From the NCBI GenBank assembly GCA_020137815.1, contig CM035356.1, positions 8,122,001-8,186,000 of the forward strand: a stretch of 64,000 bases of DNA, given 5' to 3'. This DNA is from Hormiphora californensis. Lineage: Eukaryota > Animalia > Ctenophora. A program made the position numbers and the translations under genes. The notes below the pieces were generated by a model, which was not told the origin of the DNA, made no database searches, and saw nothing but the letters and a program-made list of their open reading frames with translations. Of the stretch, positions 11,585 through 54,987 are shown in pieces (position 1 is the stretch's first letter; each line of letters opens with the position of its first letter).

Positions 11585-11624
11585 TTCAAACTTTTCAACA
11601 CTACTTTAAACAAATTAATTTGAG
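11585..11624 (+). other. Ctenophore spliced-leader exon copy (retroposed, not an SL RNA gene)
   Basis: TTCAAACTTTTCAACACTACTTTAAACAAATTAATTTGAG matches the Pleurobrachia-type SL as I recall it. It is followed by GATAAA, not by a GT donor and SL intron. Confidence 0.85.
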
Positions 11625-11664
11625 GATAAAGCTGATGTAACAGCCCACGAGGGGCAGAAAGAAA

Positions 11665-12684
11665 ATGGTAAATACTGATAATGAAGAAGAAGCAACTCCT
11701 CGGATTTACCTGGTAGCTCATCCTGGGAAACCGGCTACTGATATTGATAGGAGGAATGTCAACGACTGCCAACATGATACAGTATATTGGGTAAAAGACT
11801 TGTTGTCGGAGTGTTCAGGGTTTGGATACAGTAACCCAGAGGCAGTGAGATATGGAACTGGTCCTCCACCAAGGTCTACCTGGGATGATTTGGAGGTTCC
11901 GTCTGCGAGCAAGCTTAATACGCTGACGAAGAAAAAGCTGTTAGATTTTACTAAGAGGGCGTGTGGTATTTTGCTTGAACAGACATTCCCACTAATTCAA
12001 AAGTTGTGTGACAAGGGTTGTGAAAGTATGATGGTTAGAGAGTGCAAAGAGGAGCTCAGACAGCACGGAAAGGAGCTAATTAAAGCTCAACGAGACCTAG
12101 TAGCGGCACAAGAGGAACTACTCAATATCCAGAGGCAGTTGCTTGAAAAGAGGGAGGTTGAGATTACAGCTGTGCAGTCAACGGCACAGCAAGAACTGAA
12201 GAGCTTCTCCTCCGTTTTGAAGGAAGAATGTGCCTCGGCACTGGCGCCAAAGAAAATTCAATCAGCTATTGTGGCAGCCTCTGAGGACCGTGGATGCAAC
12301 ATCATCATCCATGGCCTGGAAGAGTCAATAAATAGTAGTGTGGAGCTTGAAACTCAAGTAGAGTCTCTTCTTGTTGAGCTAGGAGAGACTCAGAACGTGA
12401 AATCAGTGGAGCGCTTGGGAAGGCAGTCTTTAACTGTCAGGCCAGTGAAAGTCGTACTGAAGAGCAGAGACGCTCAGATGTCGATCCTGTCGAAAAAATC
12501 CCGACTAAAAAGGACCGGCAAGTTCGATAAGGTCTTCATTTCGCCTGACAGGACTTTGGAGGAACGAAATGAGAGAAGACAGCTTGTTGATCGACTGAAG
12601 GAAATGGTTCAAAGGTATCCTGGAAAACACTACTTCATTCGTGGGAAGGAGGTGGTGGAAGCACCAGGGACCACTGAGAATTGA
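11665..12684 (+). CDS. LINE ORF1-like protein (coiled coil + RRM-like + C-terminal domain), 339 aa, intact
   Basis: Heptad region ELIKAQRDLVAAQEELLNIQ; motifs NIIIHGLEES, VERLG..RPVKVVL and KVFISPDRTLEERNERRQLV, typical of CR1/L2-type ORF1p. Confidence 0.82.
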   Translation: MVNTDNEEEATPRIYLVAHPGKPATDIDRRNVNDCQHDTVYWVKDLLSECSGFGYSNPEAVRYGTGPPPRSTWDDLEVPSASKLNTLTKKKLLDFTKRACGILLEQTFPLIQKLCDKGCESMMVRECKEELRQHGKELIKAQRDLVAAQEELLNIQRQLLEKREVEITAVQSTAQQELKSFSSVLKEECASALAPKKIQSAIVAASEDRGCNIIIHGLEESINSSVELETQVESLLVELGETQNVKSVERLGRQSLTVRPVKVVLKSRDAQMSILSKKSRLKRTGKFDKVFISPDRTLEERNERRQLVDRLKEMVQRYPGKHYFIRGKEVVEAPGTTEN

Positions 12685-14088
12685 AATTAAATTTGTTGAG
12701 TTTAGAAGTGATGAGCGAGGAAAGGACAGTTGAGTTGAAAGGTGGTCATTTGTTTGATAGCCTCAATTATTTTTCAAGTTTCAAGTTCAAGTTTCAAAGT
12801 CAGGGATATCAAGACAATTGAAAATGTCCAGCGGTCTTTCGCCAGAAGACTTGAAGGAATGAAAGAGTTAGATTACTGGGCCAGACTCAGAAAACTCTAA
12901 TGATGTCATTCATGCCTGGAAGACTCACCATGAGCTGGTTCCAGACTAAGCTGATAATATCTTCCTAACGACCCTAGGGCACGGGCTTTCCCAACACTAC
13001 CCTGAAACTAAACGGACCAAACAGCTCTTTAACTCATCCAACTGCGTATTTGTGGAACTGTCTATCGAAAACGGTTAACTCTTGTAAATCATCGGGTGAA
13101 TTCAAATCGGATCTAGTGAAGTTCCTTAACACCTTCAGTGAATGTCCCCTCCCCCCGTCCACCACGTTACAAAGATCCTCCTGCATATTGGAGTGATCTA
13201 GGATTCTTCCAACTTACAGTGCGGTAACCTAACTCTGTTAAGAAGAAATGAGGCCACGGAAAGAAAAGGGAGGGGGCACATATCTAGAGAATCACCCTAT
13301 GCTTTGCGGAAAATTCTGTAATTCCGCGGATTGCACATCTAAGGCACAGCTAAATCAAACTGCTGGCCTCCTTGTAGAGGATGGGTACACATTCTCATTC
13401 ATACTGGATCGTGAGCGGTGAGACCACAGTTGCCGTATCTCGTCGACATAAAACCGGTCGTAAGTTACCTCTCCAAATTGCGAGTCAAACATGTTTAACA
13501 GCGTAGGGTAAATCTCCTAGAATTAGACTTGATGGGCGAAAGTATAGTTTGGGCGATAAACAGATCAAGTTCAATTCTTCGGGTTTAAGCCAGGGGACAG
13601 ATTACATACATGCTTTTGTGATAGTAGATTTATTTGCTCGATGCCATAAACTATCAATAGCGGTTAAACCATTAAAATTGATCTTTCCAACTTTAGAAAG
13701 GACTTAGAGCAGTCTAAGAACGCCAATAAATGGGGACAGAGGGTCAAATAACCAGCGTGTTGCACTTTAGGCTGCTTAGCATGAATCTTAAAGGTAGAAA
13801 AGGCATTATAATTTACTGAAAAGGGGATGCAGCTGTGAAAAAAAGCGACCTCAAACGTGGCCAAATCTCGTAACCTTTTTCTGAAACAGCGCCCGCGCCA
13901 CAAGAAAATCAAAAAAATATTTTAAAATTCTAGTTTTTTATGCGCGCGCCCTCTGCGCGTTCATATTTTGTTTGTTGCGGCGCTTTGTTGAATTTTTCGC
14001 GTCCGCGCAAAAATATTTTCTGTGATCCACAGGGTGATAGGATCATCCGAAAATATTGTTTTCCACTCAAACTGTGGCAAATAGGTTA

Positions 14089-14250
14089 ACTAAAGTCCAT
14101 TTTTATTCAACTGTTCACCCCTCAACTCATGCGCGTCCGATATTTTAATTTACGCTGCGCGCGCTACACGTTAACATGTGATAAACGCGCAAAACAATTC
14201 CGCGCACGACTTTGGGGGGTGAACAGTTGAAAAAAAATGGAGTATAATAA
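14089..14250. repeat. Dispersed repeat with internal inverted repeat; related copy at about 25994-26155
   Basis: Both copies share ACTAAAGTCCATTTTT..CAACTGTT and GCTACACGTTAACATGTGATAAACGCGCAAAACAATTCCGCGCACGACTTTGGGG. Confidence 0.7.
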
Positions 14251-14770
14251 CGCTAATTTGCCATAATTACACCCTACACGTACAAAAACGAAAATAAAAA
14301 GCAGCATTCGAATTTTAAAATTTAAAATTAAATGAAACAGCTTTTATACTTTAAAATAAAACAGTTGATGTCATTTAAATAATAATATCAATTATTAAAC
14401 ATGACAACTAACAAGAGCTTAGAGCTGAGTAAGACACTGACAATTGTTTGTAAATAACATGTACTGGGAACTTGTCAAATCAGTGGCTGATTTGACTTGT
14501 TCCCCCTTACTCAACAAGATTTGACATGTTATTGTTCCCAGTCTGTCGGCTCTCACACCGGACTGAAGGCTTCAGTGAATTAGCGATCAAGGCCGAAGCG
14601 ATTGTTTCAAAGCGCGACAGCGAAAGACAGTATGGTAAGTGTAGACCCTCAATTGTACTTCAGTCTCTCAGTGAGACTCAGAGAGTGTCTGAGAGTCTCA
14701 GACACTCTCTGAGTCTCGTGGAACATATGATTCTCAATCCCCAGTTGCAGTAGTTGTTGTTGTACAGTGT

Positions 14771-26276
<11,506 letters not shown>

Positions 26277-26610
26277 GGCTAAAAATAGATTTGAGAGTTT
26301 TTTAGGATATCATGGCAACTGCAAAAATAGATTTGAAGAGTTTAGGGTAAGATGACAGCTGCAGACTGCAGAGCTGCAGAGTTTCAAAACCTGAACGATA
26401 AGAATCGGTCGTCAAAAGCAAAACTAACGCACTGAAACATTTCGAAAGTAGAAATTGCGACATGGTAAAACTATGAAATAACGCAGGAAATTAATTTTGC
26501 AGTGCACGGTAGATGGGATACAGGCTTTGAGTAGATCGAGCTCAATTTGTGAGATTACAAGACCTTCGTTCTGATGATATTATACGTCCTACGGCAATCA
26601 CAGAGAGGGA

Positions 26611-26790
<180 letters not shown>

Positions 26791-27744
26791 AAACAGAAAC
26801 AAGAACAAAACAAAACAAAATATAGAAGAAGATAGAATAAAAAAAATAGAGATAATAAATAGAATAAATATAAAAAATAGAATATAACCGAGACAAGAAC
26901 AGCTAGACAAAACAAGAAATAGAGAGGGAGATAGCTGCAATAGAGACCAACAGGTTGAGTTAGGTGTAATACTCATGCATAAAATGATCTTGGCACAAGC
27001 ATTTTATGCACGGATAACATACCGCGTACGGTATAATACTTATCTGGTAGCTATATGGATTAATACATAACTAACTCATCTCCATGGAGGTTGTGCTGTC
27101 AGGCCAATGCTCTGACCACAGTTCTCGCGCGCTCCGCTCTTATTTGAGAGAAACGAGAATGGGTCAGGCCAATGCTCTGACAGAGGTTGTGAGTATATTA
27201 CAGCTGAAGTAGGTTGAGTAACCCCTTACTCAACAAGCTAAAATGGGTTAGTTCCCAGATTTACCCGGAGCCCATGTTCATTATATAATGGGCCATAACT
27301 GGATAGTACGTGGCCAACTGGATATATGAGAACCTTGCTCACGGACATAACTACAGCGTATTAGCTAGGGGTGACTTCGTAACCAAGCTCGTATGTCTGG
27401 CGGCTCCGACCCCGTTTTCCACAGAGCGCTCAGATCGTAAATAACCTCCCGCAGTATATGCTATATTGAGATTGCAAGGATTCATCTGTCAAGATTATAG
27501 AGATCTGGACTGACACAAGATTGCTGCTTGATTCATCATAGCCCACATGTCATGTAAATGAATAGAATGTATGAGTGGGATATGATTACAAATTACATAT
27601 CAAGTTATTCGTTGAATGCTCATCGCATCGTGTTTATTTGGTCAAATAAACAATACTCAACCCAATCTAAACCTTTCAAACATATGGAATAAAGCGACCC
27701 TTCTCGAGTCGACAATTTAGAGTACAATTCTTCATTTTAGGCAT

Positions 27745-29640
27745 ACCTCGACCAAAACGCGGAGTTTTTACGTCAGCCGACCCGAAACCGGATTAAATTT
27801 TGCCACCCGCTGGTCTCAGGGCCTCCAAATATGTCAAAATATGTCTGAATTGTCATTTGGGGTCATTTAGACCTTTTAATTACATGTAATTACCCTTTAA
27901 TTACATGTAATTACATTTTAATTGCATGTAATTACTTCCAATTACATTCCAATTACTTCAGTACCTCGAGAGCTTTCGAACGCACCCTAGAACACCTTTC
28001 TACTCCTTCTAATTGCCGAGTTCTGTATACCCCTTATTTTGACTGTTTTTCGCGTCCTACCCCTTATGGGTTTGGGCACACCCATCGCCACACCCCCTAT
28101 ACGTCGCGGGACCTCGAGACCTTTCCAACGAGCCATAGAACACCTCTCTACTACTTCAGGGGGCTTCAAAACTTTCACTCTAAAAATATCTATGGTTTTA
28201 TGGTTTATGGTTATGGTTTATCTCGACCAAAACGCGGAGTTTTTACGTCAGCCGACCCGAAACCGGATTAAATTTGGCCACCCGCTGGTCTCAGGGCCTC
28301 CAAATATGTCAAAATATGTTTAAATTATCATTCTGGGTCATTTAGACCTTTTAATTACATGTAATTACCCTTTAATTACATGTAATTACATTTTAATTAC
28401 ATGTAATTACTTTCAATTACATTCCAATTACTTCAGCACCTCGAGAGCTTTCGAACGCACCCTAGAACACCTTTCTACTCCTTCTAATTGCCGAGATCTG
28501 CATACCCCTTATTTTGACTGTTTTTCGCGTCCTACCCCTTATAGGTTTGGGTATGGCCATCGCCACACCCCCTATACGTCGCGGGACCTCGAGACCTTTC
28601 CAACGAGCCATAGAACACCTCTCTACTACTTCAGGGGGCTTCAAAACTTTCACTCTAAAAATATCTATGGTTTTATGGTTTTATGGTTTATGGTTACCTC
28701 GACCAAAACGCGGAGTTTTTACGTCAGCCGACCCGAAACCGGATTAAATTTTGCCACCCGCTGGTCTCAGGGCCTCCAAATATGTCAAAATATGTCTGAA
28801 TTGTCATTTGGGGTCATTTAGACCTTTTAATTACATGTAATTACCCTTTAATTACATGTAATTACATTTTAATTACATGTAATTACTTCCAATTACATTC
28901 CAATTACTTCAGCACCTCGAGAGCTTTCGAACGCACCATAGAACACCTTTCTACTCCTTCTAATTGCCGAGTTCTGTATACCCCTTATTTTCACTGTTTT
29001 TCGCGTCCTACCCCTTATAGGTTTGGGTATGGCCATCGCCACACCCCCTATACGTCGCGGGACCTCGAGACCTTTCCAACGAGCCATAGAACACCTCTCT
29101 ACTACTTCAGGGGGCTTCAAAACTTTCACTCTAAAAATATCTATGGTTTATGGTTTTATGGTTACCTCGACCAAAACGCGGAGTTTTTACGTCAGCCGAC
29201 CCGAAACCGGATTAAATTTGGCCACCCGCTGGTCTCAGGGCCTCCAAATATGTCAAAATATGTCTGAATTGTCATTTGGGGTCATTTAGACCTTTTAATT
29301 ACATGTAATTACCCTTTAATTACATGTAATTACATTTTAATTACATGTAATTACTTCCAATTACATTCCAATTACTTGAGCACCTCGAGAGCTTTCGAAC
29401 GCACCCTAGAACACCTTTCTACTCCTTCTAATTGCCTAGTTCTGTATACCCCTTATTTTCACTGTTTTTCGCGTCCTACCCCTTATGGGTTTGGGTATGG
29501 CCATCGCCACACCCCCTATACGTCGCGGGACCTCGAGACCTTTCCAACGAGCCATAGAACACCTCTCTACTACTTCAGGGGGCTTCAAAACTTTCACTCT
29601 AAAAATATCTATGGTTTATGGTTTATGGTTTATGGTTTAT
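27745..29640. repeat. About 475-bp tandem repeat, 4 copies
   Basis: Units start CTCGACCAAAACGCGGAG near 27746, 28222, 28697 and 29166; internal TAATTACATG arrays. Confidence 0.95.
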
Positions 29641-30307
29641 GGTTTTTTTTTCATCTGGTATTAAGGGCCTGTCGGCTCGGCCCCGTTGTTTTAGTTTTAG
29701 GGGGGATGTTTTAGGGGGGATGGGTTGAGTTTGGGTTATATTCGGGTCGGGGGGCCTTGCCAGGCCCCGAATGGTTTTTTTTCATCTGGTATTAAGGGCC
29801 TGTCGGCTCGGCCCCGTTGTTTTAGTTTTAGGGGGGATGTTTTAGGGGGGATGGGTTGAGTTTGGGTTATATTCGGGTCGGGGGGCCTTGCCAGGCCCCG
29901 AATGGTTTTTTTTTCATCTGGTATTAAGGGCCTGTCGGCTCGGCCCCGTTGTTTTAGTTTTAGGGGGGATGTTTTAGGGGGGATGGGTTGAGTTTGGGTT
30001 ATATTCGGGTCGGGGGGCCTTGCCAGGCCCCGAATGGTTTATGGTTTTTTTTTTCATCTGGTATTAAGGGCCTGTCGGCTCGGCCCCGTTGTTTTAGTTT
30101 TAGGGGGGATGTTTTAGTGGGGATGGGTTGAGTTTGGGTTATATTCGGGTCGGGGGGCCTTGCCAGGCCCCGAATGGTTTTTTTTTCATCTGGTATTAAG
30201 GGCCTGTCGGCTCGGCCCCGTTGTTTTAGTTTTAGGGGGGATGTTTTAGGGGGGATGGGTTGAGTTTGGGTTATATTCGGGTCGGGGGGCCTTGCCAGGC
30301 CCCGAAT
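29640..30307. repeat. About 130-bp G-rich tandem repeat, 5 copies
   Basis: Unit TTTCATCTGGTATTAAGGGCCTGTCGG..GCCAGGCCCCGAATG. Confidence 0.95.
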
Positions 30308-31143
30308 GAAACATGGATAACATTCGCCTGAATCTGAGGACCCAAATTCTGTCATAAGCATGCTATAATTGTAGTACTTGTCATATTGACATTGTGTCAG
30401 CTAGTATGAGTTTATCAAGAATGATCAAGGACGATCCCATTAACGAGCTCATCACGGGGCCATTTCATGAGTCATGGTATCCCTGTCAGACCAATGCTCT
30501 AACAGTGGTATCCGGTATGGAGTCACGATATGGAATGATTTTACATGATAATGAAGTGCTAATTTCACCCACAATATAATATCGGGGGGGGGGGGGGGGG
30601 GACAGAAGATCACATTTTCCAGTTGTCGAGACCCATATTAATCATTTGACATGTTCCCAGTCTGTATCCGGCTTTCACACCGGCCCTATGTGAAATTAGT
30701 TCGTGATATGAATCGTGAACCCGAATTAGGCGTTTCATCGTACAAAAGACAGCCTTCCATCAATCGTTATCTCTATACCTACTTAAGATGTTTGAAGGGC
30801 TTCTCTGTTTCAATCACTTTGAAACATTTTGAATTGATTTTAACATCAAGTATCACTACATCACCTCCTTCTCCCTTTGATGCTCTCCCATGACCAACTT
30901 TATAATAACTGAGAGCTAGATCTCACCGGACAATAGAACATGCTAGATTTCTTTCTCCCGTACTAGAGGATGGGCGTACCCACTATATATGTGGGAGAGA
31001 TAGAGAGGGTCTAAGGGCAATCCATTCTCATTCTTCTTGTCGGGGATTCTCTCCTATGGTTTCCGGGTCGTTCTGTATATAGCAAGTTAACAAAGGTCAG
31101 AGCTTGTCACGTGATTGAAACGGAGAGAGAGGGAGAGAGAGGG

Positions 31144-31175
<32 letters not shown>

Positions 31176-31509
31176 ATCTATTGTCAGAAAGTGATCGTTC
31201 TCTGCTATTCAAGCACTATCGTCGCCGGATCAGATTGAAGTATTTCATCGCAGAACACAGACCTGCTGCTCACATCCGGGTATTAAAGAAGAGGTCAGAG
31301 GGAGAGATAGAGAGAGATAAAGAGAGATAGAGATAGAGAATGAGATAGAGAGATAGAAGTAAACAAAAAGGCAACCACGTGTTCGATCGGCCTGATCCAA
31401 TAGAAAAATCCAATAAACCAGGACAGAATTAGACCATTGTCAAGAGTAGAGGTGAGTTGCCCGGCAAGGAAAGATAAAGGGAAGAGAGAGAAAGAGAGCT
31501 GAGAGAGAA

Positions 31510-31580
<71 letters not shown>

Positions 31581-32830
31581 TAAAGGGAGGGAGGGAGAAG
31601 TGATATATTGTGGATGGATAAGGAAGTGAGTTCAATCACTCATTTGAACTCTTGTGATATTTGATTTTGCCTCGAGTGAGCCATAAATTGATACTGTCAT
31701 TGAATTTGATTTCAGATTTGCATGTTGCAACCTTTGAAGATTAAACCAGTCTTAGTTTACTTAGACCTCTAACTATTCTAAACCCGTCTGAGGGTTTGGT
31801 TTGTCTGAGGGTTTGGTTTGTTTAAAACTAAACGAGGCGGTGTATTAGGGGGGGAGGGAGCTGCACCAATTATCAATGATTTTATGATTAAGTTCATAGG
31901 GTTCATAGGGTGTGAAATATAATTTCGTTTCTTGATTTAAATTCTCATACGCTTATATGCCATTCTCGGGCGTTCATGAGATTGAGAACCGTTCCGATTT
32001 CCGCTGAACTAATCTGACAGGAAAATGGCTCTTTTGATATTAATTTCTCGAGGTGTTACCTCTATGATGCCTCTTGTATAAATGTTCTACCCATATCATC
32101 TCTCCATTCTCAATTCCTCTCCATCTATCTTTATTTGTAACAATTATCTCTCCATCTATCTTTTTTCTCTGGTCCCCACTCCCCACCAGATGGTATAATC
32201 TTGAAGGTATAACCTCTCTCTCTCTCCATCTGATCACGCGTCAAAACTACCCAAATTTGGTCGGGATACTTGTCATAGAACCCGGGCGACAAGGTTAATT
32301 ATATGATTGTTTTTACCGAAAAAAGAACTCGTGTGGTATTATTGAGATAGGGTAGAAAGGGGTAAAATGGCACACTTTCTAACGTTTTAGGTTCTAAAAT
32401 ACTCAATTTATACAGCAAGAAGAAAAAAAATTATATAGGCTATCCAATGAAACGTTTTCCTTTCAGACGAGCTAAATTTTAAAATCTGAAAGTTTTATTT
32501 AATAGCTTAATTAATCAATTCAAAAAGTTTGGTAGGGCTTTTTTTGGAAATTTTGCACTGGGGTAAAATGGTCCAGCCAATAGCATTGCTCGATTTTTAT
32601 CACGTGCCTGGTGTTGTTAGAGCACTGGGGTAAAATGGTCCATGTTATCTTCAGTAATTTCTGTTCTGCTGGACCATTTTACCCCAGTGTGCTGGACCAT
32701 TTTACCCCAGTTGGTATCACGTGGTATTGGAGGCTCGATTTCATTGGTCCCAGGGTGAACCATTTTACCCCAGCGAGGGTGAACCATTTTACCCCAGTTT
32801 GACTAATTTGACAATTTAATCAACTTAATA

Positions 32831-33685
32831 CAGTCGGACCCCGATTTAACGGCCCCCGATTTAGCGGCACCCCGATTTAACGGCAGGATAAATTTCCCCC
32901 AAAATTTCTTGAATTTTTTTTTGAAATTTTTTTGAATTTTATTTTTGAAAATTTTTTTGAAAAACCACGTCCAAATCGTGTTTCGAATCGGTGCATCTTA
33001 TATTGCATGTCTTGCCGGTAATTAGACGGTTCGAAACGAACAGATATGTGATCCCCATAAGGCCCATCGAATCGCAATTTTGACGCTTGTTAAACTGGCC
33101 TTATGGGGATCACGTATCGGTTCGTTTCGAACCGTCTAATTAGCGACAGGACGTGCGATAAGATGCACTGATTCGAAACACGATTCGGACGTGGTTGATA
33201 AACCTTTGAAAAATTTTCATAACTTTTTTTGCAAAATTTTACAGAATGATTGTCAATGCTTTGATCGGTGCTCCCCGTGAATTTTCAGAGAAAAATATAT
33301 TTTGAAATTCAAATTCTTCCTCACCCCGCTTAAAGTGCCCCGATTCGGCATGGTATCACGTATCGGTTCGTCTAATTAGCAGCAAGACATGCGATAAGAT
33401 GCACTGATTCGATAAACGATTCGGACGTGGTTGATATAGAAACCTTAGAAAATTTTACAACTTATTTTGAAATGATTTTGAAATTACTTTCTTTTTCTAA
33501 TCAGAAATGATCATGTAATCAATACATGGACATTTCATTTAACACTTAGAGGTGTTTTAGTATATCATTTTGGACAAAAATAGGGTTTTATGGGCCAAGT
33601 ATGCTCTACCCCGATTTAACGGACACCCCGATTTAACGGACAAAACCCTTTCCCCCGAGGGTGCCGTTAAATCGGGGTCCGACTG
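32831..33685. mobile_element. Tc1/mariner MITE related to 23978-24828 in the opposite orientation, next to an element with GGGGTAAAATGG sub-repeats
   Basis: TA|CAGTCGGACCCCGATTTAACGG..CCGTTAAATCGGGGTCCGACTG|TA. Confidence 0.9.
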
Positions 33686-34190
33686 TAGTGGGTTTTTTGA
33701 AAAATTGTTATACCAAGTTTTAGAAGGATAAAAACCCTAACTGGCAGTTTTTGCAAAATTAAAATCGGCCAACTCAAACAGAAATTACAGCAGTTTTAAA
33801 GCATGTTCCTACGCTTCATTCTGTTAACAACCTCAACAAAACTTAGGTAACTCTTATCTTGGTGAGTGCAGCTGCACTGTTACCCCGTCACCATGAGGTT
33901 ACCTTGGTGACGTCAACTGGTTACCTTGGTGACGTCATATGGTTACCTTGTTGACGTCACCCGGATACGGTAACGCAATAAGGTAACGCGATATATTTGA
34001 GCTTCAAACCGACTTTACTAAATGAGAAGTGGGATCTAATTAAAGATGGTAGGGGTAAACAATAATTATAGCAAAAAACAGAGCATCTGTCATTTTGGAT
34101 TTTGGTACTCATTAGTGGGTGCATGGGGGCATCTAAATAATTATTGAAGGGGAGCACAGTCAGTTCATGCTGGTGAAGGTGTTAAAATGA

Positions 34191-34262
<72 letters not shown>

Positions 34263-34785
34263 AAGAGAGAGAAAGAGAGAGAAAGAGAGAGAAAGAGAGA
34301 GATTAGAGAAGACAGACCCTCTGGCGGCGGCGGGTGCATGTGGCCGTTTATGTTTACGGGTACGCGAAGAACAATAATTATTTAGAGAAAGGGGACACCG
34401 CAGCAAAAAACAGCACGTTTTAACCCAAAAAGAAAGAGATTGATGAACAGAGATAGAGCTAGTCGAACAGGTGTTATTCATTCAATTCAGCCCTATATTG
34501 TAGCTACTGCATGTACTAACAGTTTATACTAGGCGGCATGAAAACATTATGACACAAAGTTATTGCAAGAGGTAATAGGCACTTGGGGAGCTAGTGGCGC
34601 AACAATCCAGTTGAGAAAATCAACGAACATTTCCATTCCGATATGTAAACTCAATCGGAATCATACTTCTTATCTAGAATCATAACTCTTATATCTGGAA
34701 TCATGTATGAAAAAGATATCGAGACTCTCGATTCGAGAGTTATAACTCTTGATATAGATATATCGTATCTTTATCATCAACAATA

Positions 34786-54010
<19,225 letters not shown>

Positions 54011-54192
54011 CTGAATAGTAAACTGTCGTTTATTGCTACTCACACCCTGGACCCCCTAATCTCTGATCCCTGCTCTTGGTTTGAGTGTCGCGTGAGCACT
54101 GGATTTATCCCAAGAATTCTTCTCTCTTGATCCCATTAAGGGCCAAATGGTAATCGGGGGTTTATCGTATGTTAGTATTATATTAAGCGTGC

Positions 54193-54256
<64 letters not shown>

Positions 54257-54881
54257 TGAGAGAGAGAATTAGTCATGTTAAGGGAGTGGTCCATCACATC
54301 CCGCTCGCTCCTCGCTCCTCACTTCTCCCATTATCTCAATTTTGTTGTTTTGCTAAACTCATCATCACCAGGGGAGAGATAGAGAGAGCGAGAGAGATAG
54401 AAAGAGAAAGAGAAAGATAGAGAGAGAAAGAGAGAGATAGAGCTAGAGGAAGAGGTCAGAGGTCAGAGAGAAGGGGGGGTAGGAGTGGGACAAAATTCTC
54501 AGCTCTCTTGATCATCATGGTGGATGCGCTAATGGATTTTAGGGCGGTGATCGGAGCTGCACACGTTAGTGATAGCTCTTGTTACTACTACAACATGGGG
54601 GTCTAAGTGCTTGATAAAAAGCGATCAACGATCGTAAAGAGCCCACTAGGATCTGGATCAACACATTTGGGTACGGCGGGCGGGGGGGGGGGGGGGGGGG
54701 GGGTTTTGGACAGGGAGGGGTAACTTTCAGATTGACTTATCTCTGTTGGAGTCCAACTTGGACTAGATTTATTTAACATTACATGTCTTTTGTTATTTAA
54801 TTCGACATCTTTCTAAGGTCTTTCAATTTAGCAGATTTTTGGGTGTCACCTAGATGTTTTTCTTACTATTACACCCATGAT

Positions 54882-54987
<106 letters not shown>

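Larger units (their letters stand above)
11530..13160 (+). mobile_element. Decayed CR1/L2 ORF2 C-terminal remnant, split by the SL-ORF1 insertion
   Basis: Left part EVILQLYK..RPVLEYYCP; right part KVRDIKTIENVQRSFARRLEGMKELDYWARLRKL..LWNCLSKTVNSCKS..FKSDL; contains stops and frameshifts. Confidence 0.75.

Noticed and set aside
11585-11660. Functional SL RNA gene
   Set aside because: No GT donor or Sm-site-like U-tract follows the leader; it runs straight into a UTR and ORF.
14570-14605. Minus-strand resemblance to the U2 snRNA 5' end (ATCGCTTCGGCCTT)
   Set aside because: No GTAGTA branch-pairing motif or Sm site, and the related copy at 30.7 kb lacks the resemblance.
27987-30361. Repeated ORFs in the satellites
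   Set aside because: Frames break between units and show no protein motifs.
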